Positions 11,129 through 21,214 of a DNA stretch of 64,000 nucleotides are shown piece by piece (position 1 is the stretch's first letter; each line of letters starts with the position of its first letter). The notes under the pieces were generated by a model. It saw only the letters and a list, made by a program, of their open reading frames with translations, searched no databases and was not told the origin of the DNA. The position numbers and the translations under genes are program-made. The DNA is from Candidatus Binatia bacterium (GTDB lineage Bacteria; Desulfobacterota; Binatia; UBA9968; CAXXLF01), in contig CAXXLF010000002.1 in assembly GCA_963664015.2 (NCBI GenBank), positions 512,001-576,000 of the forward strand, given 5' to 3'.

Positions 11129-12001
11129 TCAAGCTGAATCGTTATATTTTCGTTCGCCCGAATCCGGTGAAAGCAGATTCTTTACCGTTTCATTCATAGC
11201 ACCGCGCCGGTAGCCTTCCAGGTCGACGGCCACGAAAGCGAATCCAGCGGCACGAAATTTTCGGTTCACTTCCTGACGTATATCAGGAAGTAGCATGCGA
11301 GGCAGTTCCTCCGCCGCCACCTCGATACGGGCAATAGTATCGTGGTAACGTACCCGGTAAACCCGAAACCCGAGGCCCCTGAGTACCCGCTCGCATTGGG
11401 CTACCTGGGTCAGGCGTGAAGGGGTAATCTGGGTCCCGTAGGGAAACCGGCTCGACAAGCAGGCCAGGGCGGGCTTGTCCCACACGGGGAGATCAATCCT
11501 GCGCGCCGCCTCACGAACATCGGCCTTGGAAAATCCCAGCTCGTCCAGGGGAGAGCGCACACCATGCTCACGGGCGGCCTTTCGACCGGGACGATGGTCG
11601 CCCCGATCGTCCAAATTGAATCCGTCAACGACGTAGGGAAATTCGAGGCACAACGCCTGCTGGATGGCCGTGCTGTAAAGCTCCGTCTTGCAGAAGTAGC
11701 AGCGATTCACTGGATTGGCCGCGTAACGCGGGTCGTCCACTTCACTCGTCTCCACCAGTAAATGGCGTGCGCCAAGCTGCTTGGCCAACTCTTTTGCGTC
11801 GGCCCCCTCTTCCGGTGCGAGGCTTGGCGAGACGGCCGTCAGCCCGACAGCGTTCTGATCCAATACATGGACTGCTTCCGCGAGCAATAAGCTCGAATCC
11901 ACCCCTCCCGAAAAACAGACCACCACACGGCCCATTTCTCGAAGGAGATTTCTCAACCCGGTTATTTTCGTATCTAGATCGGATATCAATGATGCCTCCA
12001 C
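11129..12001 (-). CDS. larE: ATP-dependent sacrificial sulfur transferase LarE (PP-loop)
   Basis: SGGVDS, NRCYFCK, DDRGDHRPG, ACLSSRFPYG, RVRYH. The real start may be TTG at 11989. Confidence 0.92.
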   Translation of the reverse strand: MEASLISDLDTKITGLRNLLREMGRVVVCFSGGVDSSLLLAEAVHVLDQNAVGLTAVSPSLAPEEGADAKELAKQLGARHLLVETSEVDDPRYAANPVNRCYFCKTELYSTAIQQALCLEFPYVVDGFNLDDRGDHRPGRKAAREHGVRSPLDELGFSKADVREAARRIDLPVWDKPALACLSSRFPYGTQITPSRLTQVAQCERVLRGLGFRVYRVRYHDTIARIEVAAEELPRMLLPDIRQEVNRKFRAAGFAFVAVDLEGYRRGAMNETVKNLLSPDSGERKYNDSA

Positions 12002-12038
12002 GAGCTTACGCCCATGGCCCGCTGCGAAAGCGGATCAA
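11990..12038 (+). repeat. Palindromic element family 1, copy D (internally deleted)
   Basis: tgatgcctccacgagcttacgcccatgg joined directly to ctgcgaaagcggatcaa, i.e. left end plus right end of copies A-C. Confidence 0.6.
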
Positions 12039-12295
12039 TCAAAATTAATGGGTTCGCTCTGATTTCCAGATTTGCCATCTTACGTCAAAAAACCACGACG
12101 CCACTAAAAGTTCCCAAACTTTTTGACCAGATTATACTGGATTGGAATTGTAGCCTCTCCATCACCGTATTAAAAAGTTTTTTCTAAGCAAGAAGAGATA
12201 CTTACGGGAAGTTTTTTCAAGTCGATCATTAGTATAGTCACCACGGTCTGTCAATCAAATTATTCGAGAACTCTTCAGGAACAGGGATTTTCAAA

Positions 12296-13090
12296 TTATC
12301 TGCCGATGGGCCAGTGGCGTCCTTTTTTCTTAGTGATCTGAAGCGACACTTTATAGAGCTTTTGCAGAATACCTTGCCTGAGGAGCGCGCTGGTGCTTCC
12401 CGTCTGAAGGACCTTCCCCTCCTTCAGGATCAGCGTTTTTTTGAACATGGGAAGGATCTCTTCGATATGGTGCGTTACATAGATGAGTGACGGGACCTGT
12501 TTCTGTTTTGTCAGTGTTTGCAATGTGTCGAGAAAGTTCTCCCTGGCCCCGGGGTCCATCCCGGCGCATGGTTCGTCGAGAAAGATGAGGAAAGGCTTGG
12601 TCATGCGCGCCCTGGCGATGAGGACCTTTTGCTGCTCCCCTTGAGACAGAGTGCCGAATTCCTGCTCGATCAGGTATGAGCATCCCATTTGCGTCAGATA
12701 CTCTTCCGCCTGGTTGTAATCTTTCTTGATCGGCATTGCCCAGGGCCCCTCAAGGAGTCCGACCTGGGCAAATTTGCCCGAAACCACCGTTCTCACGATC
12801 TTCTCCCGTGGCGGCATGATGGGGGGAAGCACCGAACTCACCCATCCCATACTCTTTCTGAGATCGCGTAGATTGACGCGTTCCTTCCCGTTACGGAAGA
12901 TCTCGCCACCGTCGTTGGGCCAGAGAAAACCGCAGGCCATTCTGAGGAGGGTGGTCTTCCCCGAGCCGTTAGGACCGAGGACAGCCCAGTGCTCACCCTG
13001 CCCAACGGTCCAGTCGATGGCATCGAGAAGGCGTTTTCCATCGACCTTGTAGGATGCGCTTCGGATTTCGAGGGCTGGAGTTTTTTTCAT
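12296..13090 (-). CDS. ABC ATP-binding protein (ModF/YlmA-like)
   Basis: GEHWAVLGPNGSGKTT, LSQGEQQKVLIARA, LDEPCAGMD, VTHH. Confidence 0.9.
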   Translation of the reverse strand: MKKTPALEIRSASYKVDGKRLLDAIDWTVGQGEHWAVLGPNGSGKTTLLRMACGFLWPNDGGEIFRNGKERVNLRDLRKSMGWVSSVLPPIMPPREKIVRTVVSGKFAQVGLLEGPWAMPIKKDYNQAEEYLTQMGCSYLIEQEFGTLSQGEQQKVLIARARMTKPFLIFLDEPCAGMDPGARENFLDTLQTLTKQKQVPSLIYVTHHIEEILPMFKKTLILKEGKVLQTGSTSALLRQGILQKLYKVSLQITKKKGRHWPIGR

Positions 13091-13161
13091 TTATCAGACC
13101 AATCAATCTGTCTAGGGGCCAGATTGCATCGTAAGGAGGTAAGAAACCCTTTTTCTATTCT

Positions 13162-13189
13162 TCCGGACTTGGCGTGCTTTGCGTCTTTC
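13162..13189 (-). repeat. REP-like family 2, partial copy
   Basis: Reverse complement gaaagacgcaaagcacgccaagtccgga; matches 19499 and 63357. Confidence 0.55.
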
Positions 13190-13201
13190 CCCCGAATTCC
13201 G

Positions 13202-14746
13202 TCACTTCTGCGTGCGTTTGAGAGACTTACCCAAGGCTAACAAGAACATCACGCTCTTACCAGCCGCATGGGGTGAAAAGAAGTCGGTCACGTCGTCATC
13301 AAAAAAGGTTAGCCCGGAGGCGCCGAGCCGTTGGGCGTAGGCAGCTAGATAAAATTTCCCGGCGGTGATGGCCGATTCCAGCTGGACGGCGCGGTAGCCT
13401 CGATTGCCGAATCGTTCGAGAACCCTCTCGAGGTCGACGAGAAAAAAGAGATTGACGCTGGCGTCGGCGGGTATCTCCTGGCCCAATCCCAGATGACCCG
13501 CTTCACGACGAAAATCGCCTTCTTTAAGCAACTCGAGGGCCGACTCCTCTCGATGAAAGACATAGCTTCCGCTGGGAAGGCCATCGACGGCGTTAATAAT
13601 AAGGTAAAGGTCGTAGATCGGGATTCGGTCAAGGAAATCGGCAGGCACGCCCCGGGTGGCCCGGACCATCATAGTGGAAAGCTGTTCGAAGCCAATCGCC
13701 TCCTGGGCAAATTGACGGCTGGAACCGCGCCGCTTGATCACCGATTCTATTGTATCTTGCGCCATGCCCTCATCTGGTAGTGGACGTAAAGGGAAACGCC
13801 GACCTACGAACCGACCGGACGAACCCGCCTTGCCACAAGGGCCGCGCCAGGATACAACCTCTCCAAAACTCTCCAATGACGAAGCCCCATGCATGGCGCG
13901 AATAGCCGGATAGTCAACCTCCCTCTCTGAAAGTGGCAAGGTCGTTAACCGAAGGGGCTCCAGTATTACCGATGAGTGTAACAGATTCTTTTCATCTCGA
14001 CCGAGAGGAATAAGAGTCAATGCCGCCTCACGCTCTGTATCCAGCCCAAGCAGATTGTTAATAGGGCGGTCTTCAAAACCGGCAACGATCTTTACCGGAA
14101 GCCCGTAGACGCCCGTGGCCGCAAGGAGCCCAGCCAGGATCGTACCGCTGTCCCAGTAGCAGTGCCGATAGGCCCTAGCTTGATATTTCCAACTGTTCCG
14201 CCAAAAGGTCGTCGCGGTGACGAGGATAACAGGGGCCGCGGAGATAGCGGGTTCTCGTCCGCTGGCCTGAACCACGACATCCCGGTAGTCCCCAACGCGT
14301 AGCCTGCGCAAGGCAAAGTCGTCGGGTGCGAAGTGATAGACCCCGGCTTCCAGGTCGGCGAGATCACCGCAGACCAGATAGAGATCGATATGATATAGGG
14401 CGCCGGTGCATGCCGCCGCGCGGAAGAGGATTTGTCCACCGGCGTGGAACCTGCGTCGGGTTATGCCGGCGGACAGGAATAGAGTGTCGGCAAGAATCTG
14501 CTTGGTAACGGCCGGATGGCCAACCGATTTCGAGGCCGTAACCGCGATGGCGGATAATGCCGGGACTCCCATAGAGGCTGAGGGCTCGGGCAATGAAATG
14601 GGTTCCAGCTCGGTATAGACCTTGAAAGGTCGCGGTTGATTGTCCCAGTCCAGATAGTGCCGGCTGGTATGGACGCTTTGGTAGGTGTGTTTAGTCCGGT
14701 TATGATATTCCCATGCAGCTTGCTGATCTTGGTTATTTACGGACAC
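13202..14746 (-). CDS. SagB/ThcOx-family FMN dehydrogenase with two nitroreductase domains
   Basis: YHNRTKH, RAAACTGALY, GVYHF, WKYQARAYRH, RRGSSRQF, RGYRAVQLE, GLTFFDD. Confidence 0.85.
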   Translation of the reverse strand: MSVNNQDQQAAWEYHNRTKHTYQSVHTSRHYLDWDNQPRPFKVYTELEPISLPEPSASMGVPALSAIAVTASKSVGHPAVTKQILADTLFLSAGITRRRFHAGGQILFRAAACTGALYHIDLYLVCGDLADLEAGVYHFAPDDFALRRLRVGDYRDVVVQASGREPAISAAPVILVTATTFWRNSWKYQARAYRHCYWDSGTILAGLLAATGVYGLPVKIVAGFEDRPINNLLGLDTEREAALTLIPLGRDEKNLLHSSVILEPLRLTTLPLSEREVDYPAIRAMHGASSLESFGEVVSWRGPCGKAGSSGRFVGRRFPLRPLPDEGMAQDTIESVIKRRGSSRQFAQEAIGFEQLSTMMVRATRGVPADFLDRIPIYDLYLIINAVDGLPSGSYVFHREESALELLKEGDFRREAGHLGLGQEIPADASVNLFFLVDLERVLERFGNRGYRAVQLESAITAGKFYLAAYAQRLGASGLTFFDDDVTDFFSPHAAGKSVMFLLALGKSLKRTQK

Positions 14747-14758
14747 CCGATTTTGATC

Positions 14759-15913
14759 CTAGGCAATATCTCGGAGGTCTTCCAGGCGGTACCTGGCAAG
14801 TTGAAAAGAATCTGAGTCTCGATCTTCGCAAACGTTTATCGGGTCCTCGCCCCGCTCAACACGTTCGATCTGTTCCATCAGTAATTCACGGTATAGTGTG
14901 ATTCCAATATCAGAGACACAGAGACGCTCGTTGCTCCGCTGGGTTGTCTCCCCCTGTGACACCACCGCCATATGGTCTTGTCCATTGGCTGTGTCCAGGA
15001 TAAATTTTCCGGCCTTGTCGATGCCCGGCACATTGATAAACCGGGGGGTTTCCTGCCAGGGGATTGAGCCCCCTGTGCGCTCGGCCAGATAGATGACCAG
15101 CCACGTGTGCGTATCGTCTAACGGGACCACAAAGTAAACCACCTTGCTATTCTTGGGAGACCCAATCAACGTTGTCGTCGGGAAATAGGTGGGCGCTCCT
15201 TCTTTCCAGCAGCGTTCTTCTGCGTCGTGGTACATGTGTCGCTCTACGATACCATTCTCGAAACGGTCGAAGGCGATCTTCTTCATGGGCTTCGGAGCGA
15301 AGTGCCCGAGAAATTCTTCGAGTTGCCCTCCCCCTTTGCGCCGCAGTATATATTCAAAATATCGGCCATGCAGCGATTCAACGTGATAGGGATCCAGTAA
15401 ATTCTCCATGACCTGAAGCCAGTTGGAGTCAATGACGGTTCCGTCGGTTTCACGCATTGCATCATCCCACAACATGGCATCGTACCGGGGTATCAAGGGT
15501 GCCGGTTCGGGGCCGAGATACGCAAAGATCAGTCCGCCAAGTTCACGGACCGGATAGGATGTCGTTCGAACCGGCTCGTCAAAGCACCCTTCCCACGGCT
15601 CCAACGGTTGCTGGATACAGTGCCCCTCCGAATTATAAAGCCAACCGTGGTACGGGCAGCGCAGGCCTTCGTTCTCAATGATTCCGTAGGCTAGAGACGC
15701 ACCACGATGTGGGCACGCCTCAGTCAGAAGACCCAATCGACCCCTCTTGTCACGGTAAAGAACCAGTGACTCACCGAGAAGTTGAAACAGTTTGACCGGA
15801 TTTTCTTCCAGCTCCGCTTTGGCTGCAACCGGATGCCAATAGCGCCGCATCAGATTACCCATCCGCGTGCCGCTACCTACTCGAGTCAGGGCGTCATTTT
15901 CCTCTGAAGTCAT
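14759..15913 (-). CDS. Rieske non-heme iron oxygenase alpha subunit (phthalate 4,5-dioxygenase/LigXa-like)
   Basis: RRYWHPV, CPHRGA...CPYHGW, ENLLDPYHVESLH, QDHMAVVSQG. Confidence 0.9.
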   Translation of the reverse strand: MTSEENDALTRVGSGTRMGNLMRRYWHPVAAKAELEENPVKLFQLLGESLVLYRDKRGRLGLLTEACPHRGASLAYGIIENEGLRCPYHGWLYNSEGHCIQQPLEPWEGCFDEPVRTTSYPVRELGGLIFAYLGPEPAPLIPRYDAMLWDDAMRETDGTVIDSNWLQVMENLLDPYHVESLHGRYFEYILRRKGGGQLEEFLGHFAPKPMKKIAFDRFENGIVERHMYHDAEERCWKEGAPTYFPTTTLIGSPKNSKVVYFVVPLDDTHTWLVIYLAERTGGSIPWQETPRFINVPGIDKAGKFILDTANGQDHMAVVSQGETTQRSNERLCVSDIGITLYRELLMEQIERVERGEDPINVCEDRDSDSFQLARYRLEDLRDIA

Positions 15914-15957
15914 AAGGAAGTGTTGCCACTCCTGAGCGTTGGACGAAAAACCGAGAC

Positions 15958-16281
15958 CTATTTCGCCTGTGCTGATTCCAGCAACGGTGCGAGTTCACCC
16001 TTCTCGTGCAACTGGTTCAGGATATCGCAACCGCCGATGAACTTACCCTTGATATAGATCTGGGGTATGGTCGGCCAATTGGAGTACTCCTTGACGCCCT
16101 TGCGGACGGCCGGGTCAGCCAGCACGTCTACGGTATCGAAAGGGACTCCATAGGATTGCAGGATGCCCACCGTATTCGCGGAAAAACCGCATTGGGGAAA
16201 CTGGGGATTGCCCTTCATAAAGACCAGGATATTGCTCTTCTTGACCTGATCTTCGATCGTGGGATTCACGTCATCAGCCAT
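15958..16281 (-). CDS. grxD: Monothiol glutaredoxin Grx4
   Basis: FMKG, PQCGFS, WPTIPQ, GGCD. Confidence 0.95.
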   Translation of the reverse strand: MADDVNPTIEDQVKKSNILVFMKGNPQFPQCGFSANTVGILQSYGVPFDTVDVLADPAVRKGVKEYSNWPTIPQIYIKGKFIGGCDILNQLHEKGELAPLLESAQAK

Positions 16282-16463
16282 TTTGAACCTCCCATAGTTA
16301 TTAATTCAATTCTGTAAAATCTTACCGCTTCCATACCTGTCAACCAAAAAATATAGACCTAAAGGATCTGCTTTTCAAGCCCCCCCTTATCAAACACACG
16401 GGATTCTCACCTGCCCTTGCCCTCCACCTGGTAAAATAACCTTTTTTACGTTAACCCTCTAAT

Positions 16464-17387
16464 ATGCGTATCTGTTCTCTTTTACCCAGTGCAACCGAGA
16501 TTGTTTATGTGCTCGGCTTGGGCGATTCTATCGTCGGTGTGACCCACGAATGCGATTACCCGACGCAGACAAAACAGGCACCCGTCGTCGTGCACAGTCG
16601 AATCGATCCGCACCATACCTCCAGCAGCGAAATAAACCAAAGCGTCACACAACATCTAAAGAGCAACAAGGGCATTTACACCCTGGACATGCCCCGTTTC
16701 AATGAGGCCGATCCCGACATCATCCTAACTCAAGCCCTCTGCGATGTCTGCGCCCTGGATTACAATGAAGTCGTGGCCGCGGCCCGTTCGCTGCCGCGTC
16801 GGCCACAGATCCTCTCCCTCAATCCATCCAATCTCTCCGAGGTCTTTCAGGATATTGTCCGCGTCGGAGAAATTACCGGTCAGGGCGGAACTGCGGAGAA
16901 CGTTGTCAGGGGGCTGGAAGGGCGAGTCCAGATGATCAAGAACGCGCTGCCCCACGGCGCTCCCCGGCCGAAGGTCGCGTGCATAGAATGGCTCGACCCC
17001 TTGTATAGCGCTGGACACTGGATTCCCGAGATGGTCGAGATTGCAGGAGGCTGGGATCCGCTAGCCGATACGGGGCAGCCTTCACAGCAAATTCCATGGA
17101 GCAGGATTCGGGATTGCCAGCCGGACGTGGTGATCCTGATGCCCTGCGGCTTTGATATCGATCGAACAGTCGAGGAACTCGACCTGCTTGACCGCCTCCC
17201 GGGTTGGAATACGTTGCCTGCAATCAAGGAGGATCGTCTCTATCCGGTCAACGGTCATGCCTACTTCAACCGACCGGGACCGCGGCTGGTTGACGGCCTG
17301 GAAATCCTCGCCCAGATCATTCACCCCGAGATCTTCCCTTGGACAGCGACTTCCGATCAGGCTGTTAGACTGACCCAAGACAAATGA
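16464..17387 (+). CDS. Cobalamin/Fe-siderophore-type binding protein (BtuF-like, no signal peptide)
   Basis: MRICSLLPSATEI, VTHECDYP, QALCDVC, EWLDP, GHW, PCGF, RPGPRL. Confidence 0.8.
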   Translation: MRICSLLPSATEIVYVLGLGDSIVGVTHECDYPTQTKQAPVVVHSRIDPHHTSSSEINQSVTQHLKSNKGIYTLDMPRFNEADPDIILTQALCDVCALDYNEVVAAARSLPRRPQILSLNPSNLSEVFQDIVRVGEITGQGGTAENVVRGLEGRVQMIKNALPHGAPRPKVACIEWLDPLYSAGHWIPEMVEIAGGWDPLADTGQPSQQIPWSRIRDCQPDVVILMPCGFDIDRTVEELDLLDRLPGWNTLPAIKEDRLYPVNGHAYFNRPGPRLVDGLEILAQIIHPEIFPWTATSDQAVRLTQDK

Positions 17388-17800
17388 TTGCAAAGCTGTT
17401 CCTACTGTTCACGCTGGTACCCCTCACGGAACTGTACATTCTGTTGGAGATCGGTTCGGTCATGGGGGCGCTGAACACCATCCTGCTGATTATTTTCACC
17501 GGAGTCCTTGGAGCCTATCTGGCACGCATGCAAGGATACCGAACCTTGCAACAGATCAACGTAAGCCTGGCCCAAGGTGTCGTGCCCGCGGAGGAGCTGG
17601 TGGATGCAGTCTTGATCTTCTTCGCCGGGATTGTCCTGCTCACGCCGGGTGTCCTAACCGATATCGCGGGTTTCCTTTTGCTCATTCCTTATACCCGGAC
17701 CATCTTCAAACGCTGGCTGAGAAAAAAGTTTGATCACATGGCCGCCTCGGGTAATGTCCAGATCCGTTTCCCCGGAGGCGGCAACGACAACCCTTTTTGA
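17384..17800 (+). CDS. fxsA: FxsA family membrane protein
   Basis: PLTELYILL, TGVLGAYLARMQG, LLTPGVLTDIAGFLLLIP. Confidence 0.9.
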   Translation: MIAKLFLLFTLVPLTELYILLEIGSVMGALNTILLIIFTGVLGAYLARMQGYRTLQQINVSLAQGVVPAEELVDAVLIFFAGIVLLTPGVLTDIAGFLLLIPYTRTIFKRWLRKKFDHMAASGNVQIRFPGGGNDNPF

Positions 17801-17921
17801 TTGAATTTCCCCGCTTTGCACCATACTCTTTGCGCTTTGCTCTCCAGCTCAGTCCTTCCCTTGACAGCCCAAGGGGTGGTATGCGATTAAGATAAGATTC
17901 CAAAGAGCCCCTCAGGAGGAA

Positions 17922-19430
17922 ATGAACATGGCCAAGACAAGTCCCGATTTAACCAAGATTGACGCGAACGCAGCCTTTCCATTTGACGATCTACGCAGCT
18001 TTATCGAAGCCGCCAAGGAAGTCGACGAATACCGCGATATTGATGGGGCCGATTGGAACCGGGAGATTGGCGCCCTTACGGAGGCGGCGGCCGAGCTCAT
18101 CACCGATCCTCCCATGCTGATCTTCGACAATATCAAGGGATACCCGAAGGGATTTCGTCTCGTCAGTCTTTCCGTTGCCTCGATCAAACGTGCGGCCCTG
18201 GCCTGGGGACTCCCCATCGACAAACATAAACTGGAGCTAATACGGCTTGGCACGAGACGGCTAGCGGCAGCCCGGGCCAACCTAATTCCCCCTAAGACGG
18301 TGAAAACCGGACCGGTCATGGAGAACGTCCTAACGGGAGACAAGATCGACATGTGGAAGTTTCCCAGTCCTCTGTTTCATCTCCAGGATGGCGGCCGCTA
18401 TATCGGCACTGGCGATATTATAACCACCAGGGACCCGGACACGGGCTACCTCAACACGGGAACGTACCGGATGCAGGTGCACGAGAAAGACCTCTTGGGC
18501 TTGTGGATCAGCCCCGGTAAACATGGGCGCTTGATCCTGCAGCGCTACTGGGAACAGGGCAAGGCCGCTCCTATTACAGCGTCTTTTGGCCATGACCCCC
18601 TCACCTTTCTTGCCTCCACTGCGTTTCTTCCCTGGGGAAAATCCGAACTGGATCTTTTAGGAGCGGTCAGGGGCAAGCCCGTTGAAGTCATCGAAGGCCC
18701 GGTTACGGGTCTACCGATCCCCGCCCACTCGGAGATCACAATTGAAGGCGAAGTGCCGCCCCCGTCTGAACAGGCACGGGACGAGGGACCCTTTGGGGAA
18801 TGGCCGGGCTATTACTCAGGGGGCACTATCGGTACCGGTGAACAACAGCCGGTCGTGCGCATCAAGGCCGTTTACCATCGTAATAACCCCATTATCCTCG
18901 ACTCCACGCCGCTCTGGCCGGGCGCTTCCAAATACGCCATTCCGTTCATGGCTGGAGTCTTCTGGGACCAGCTGGAAAGCGCGGGAATCCAGGACATCCA
19001 GGGAGTTTGGCAGCACACCTCCTATTGGCTGGTGATCTCGATCCGCCAACGCTTCGCCGGTCACGCCAAACAAGCCGGCCATGCGGCCCTGGGGGCTCGC
19101 GGCGGGGCCTACAACGGCAGGTACATCATCATCGTGGACGAGGACATTGACCCCAGCGATATGAAGGAAGTGGAATGGGCCATGATGACCCGTGTGAACC
19201 CGGCCACCGATATCGAGTTGATCGACGGTACGTGGAGTACGCCGCTGGATCCGCGCATGACGCCTGCTCAGCGGGAGTCAGGGGACCATACCAACAGCCG
19301 CGCGATCATTTATGCGGTGCGCCCATGGACGTGGCGGGACAAGTTTCCCAAGGCAAGCCGAACGGAGAAGGACCTGCGGGCCGATATCGTAAAAAAATAT
19401 AAAACGATCTTGCCTTTTCCTAATCTGTAA
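17922..19430 (+). CDS. UbiD-family prFMN-dependent (de)carboxylase
   Basis: DGGRYIGT, NTGTYRMQ, EGPFGEWPGYY, VDEDID, PLDP. Confidence 0.92.
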   Translation: MNMAKTSPDLTKIDANAAFPFDDLRSFIEAAKEVDEYRDIDGADWNREIGALTEAAAELITDPPMLIFDNIKGYPKGFRLVSLSVASIKRAALAWGLPIDKHKLELIRLGTRRLAAARANLIPPKTVKTGPVMENVLTGDKIDMWKFPSPLFHLQDGGRYIGTGDIITTRDPDTGYLNTGTYRMQVHEKDLLGLWISPGKHGRLILQRYWEQGKAAPITASFGHDPLTFLASTAFLPWGKSELDLLGAVRGKPVEVIEGPVTGLPIPAHSEITIEGEVPPPSEQARDEGPFGEWPGYYSGGTIGTGEQQPVVRIKAVYHRNNPIILDSTPLWPGASKYAIPFMAGVFWDQLESAGIQDIQGVWQHTSYWLVISIRQRFAGHAKQAGHAALGARGGAYNGRYIIIVDEDIDPSDMKEVEWAMMTRVNPATDIELIDGTWSTPLDPRMTPAQRESGDHTNSRAIIYAVRPWTWRDKFPKASRTEKDLRADIVKKYKTILPFPNL

Positions 19431-19498
19431 GGCGAGATATAACTAATGGCATTTTGAAATTTTCATTGAAATTTTGACTACAGAATCAAAAAAACAAA

Positions 19499-19531
19499 TC
19501 GCGCAAAGACGCAAAGGACGCCAAGTTCGGA
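19499..19531 (+). repeat. REP-like family 2, 33-bp copy
   Basis: tcgcgcaaagacgcaaaggacgccaagttcgga; 32/33 identical to the reverse complement of 63357..63389. Confidence 0.75.
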
Positions 19532-19895
19532 AAAAGTTAGAAAATATTTTATTCGCTCATGGCTCAGCCAGAAGTTGATCCGTCCTATGGCTGAGTCTGG
19601 GCGCGAGATTCTCCTACGCTAAAGCTTCGGAGGACCCCCCAAAGCCTTCGCGAAGAGGAAACTTTGTTGCCGTTGTTCTATTGGAACTTCTAAAACTTCA
19701 AAGGTAAGATTCTAGTAACCCAGTTCCTTGTCGACCAGGTTTTTCAGAGGTTGACCGGACAGAAAGCGCTCCAGGTTGTCCCGAAAGATGGAAAAGACCT
19801 TTTCCCCTTTATTTCCCGAACTACCCAGCCACGGGCTTACCCCAATAATCTAACTAGCACAGCCAACTGTTTGAATGCGAATACAGGCAGGGCGT

Positions 19896-21077
19896 TTAAG
19901 ATGCGGCCTTGTGGAGTTCCTTTTCGAGTTCGGGCCCAGATGCGGTGACAGAGCCTTTTCCATTGGACTGCCTGGCAATCTTTTGGGCAAGACGGCGGTA
20001 TAGGTTCACGCCCACATCGGTGGAGCAGAGGTGCTCAGGTTCACGGTAGTTTTGCACCTCCATGTAACGCTTGTCCTGGTAGGTAAAAAAGAAACGGTGA
20101 ATGAAATTATAATAGGTTTTCCACCAGAGTTTATAAAACAGCTTGTGAAGAAAGGTCTTGGGATAGGTGACACTGACCTCCAATATGCGGGTTTTACTCG
20201 GCCCGACGTAGATGGGCCACTGCATGGTAGAATACGTAAACCCCAAATAGGGTTCCTTCCTTTTTGCCAGGACGATAAAACCGGGCATGCGTACTTCCGC
20301 TCCAACACCGCCGGAGGTCCTTCGTTTCAGGACTCGATACCAATTGCTACTGGGATACTTGCCCAACCCCGGGTAATCGGCCTGCATGGCCATGCCCGGT
20401 CCTTGGACAAAGAGTCCTTTACCGTCGTCTAGGAGTTTAACGATCATTTTTCCCCAGACAGGAACTTGCTGGAATAGGATTTCGGGCGAGTTTCGGTGAA
20501 CGAAGATGGCGTGTAGCATATCAGGATAGTTTTCAGTGACGTTACGCCAGTCGCAGTCCCAATACTCGAAGACAAACTGGACCAAGATATTCGGCTCCAA
20601 AAGCCTCGGCGGCAGATCCTCGTCCAAGGGCGGGGCCTCTCCCTCCCCAATGAAAGCCCACACAACACCGAAACGTTCTTCCGTGGGATAGGCCTTGACA
20701 CACACTTGACCTGGCAAACGGGATTCGGGGCCCTCAACAATGGCCGCAACGCAATCGCCTTTTTCATTGTAGGTCCAGCCATGATAACCGCAGCTAATGG
20801 TACCCGGAAAAAGGATGCGGCCGCGGGAGAGCATGGCCCCCCGATGGGGGCAGCGGTCTTCTAGGGCAGCGATTTTTCCGTCTTTCCCACGAAAGAGAAC
20901 GACGTCCTCGCCAAGGAGGGTTACTGAAACTGGCTGCCGCTTGGTGACCTTCTTTGCTTCGATAATGGGATACCAGTAGTTCCGGTGACCTAGGGGTGGC
21001 AAACTGGGGATCGAAAACGACTCGGTAATCCAAGTCCCATTCTCTTCTTTCCGCCCCTCGACCGGTTGATCCGTCAT
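19896..21077 (-). CDS. Rieske oxygenase alpha subunit (CarAa/2-oxoquinoline 8-monooxygenase-like N-terminus)
   Basis: LGHRNYWYP, DRCPHRG...TISCGYHGWTY, ENYPDMLHAIFVH, QDKRYME. Confidence 0.85.
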   Translation of the reverse strand: MTDQPVEGRKEENGTWITESFSIPSLPPLGHRNYWYPIIEAKKVTKRQPVSVTLLGEDVVLFRGKDGKIAALEDRCPHRGAMLSRGRILFPGTISCGYHGWTYNEKGDCVAAIVEGPESRLPGQVCVKAYPTEERFGVVWAFIGEGEAPPLDEDLPPRLLEPNILVQFVFEYWDCDWRNVTENYPDMLHAIFVHRNSPEILFQQVPVWGKMIVKLLDDGKGLFVQGPGMAMQADYPGLGKYPSSNWYRVLKRRTSGGVGAEVRMPGFIVLAKRKEPYLGFTYSTMQWPIYVGPSKTRILEVSVTYPKTFLHKLFYKLWWKTYYNFIHRFFFTYQDKRYMEVQNYREPEHLCSTDVGVNLYRRLAQKIARQSNGKGSVTASGPELEKELHKAAS

Positions 21078-21214
21078 TACGGTCTCCCTCCAAATTCCTT
21101 CAATAATTCAGATGCATCCAACGAAGCCTGAAACTATTAACGCACCCGACCCCGCGTATGTCAAGGCCCCCCGGCTCGGCCATGAGCTCACCGTCGAACA
21201 CCCGTGAGGTGCTG

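Noticed and set aside
11129-12001. Nickel-pincer cofactor operon
   Set aside because: Only larE is present; larA, larB and larC are not in the window.
13202-14746. Azole-containing RiPP cluster around the SagB-like gene
   Set aside because: No YcaO, E1-like protein or Cys/Ser/Thr-rich precursor nearby; standalone SagB-like genes are common.
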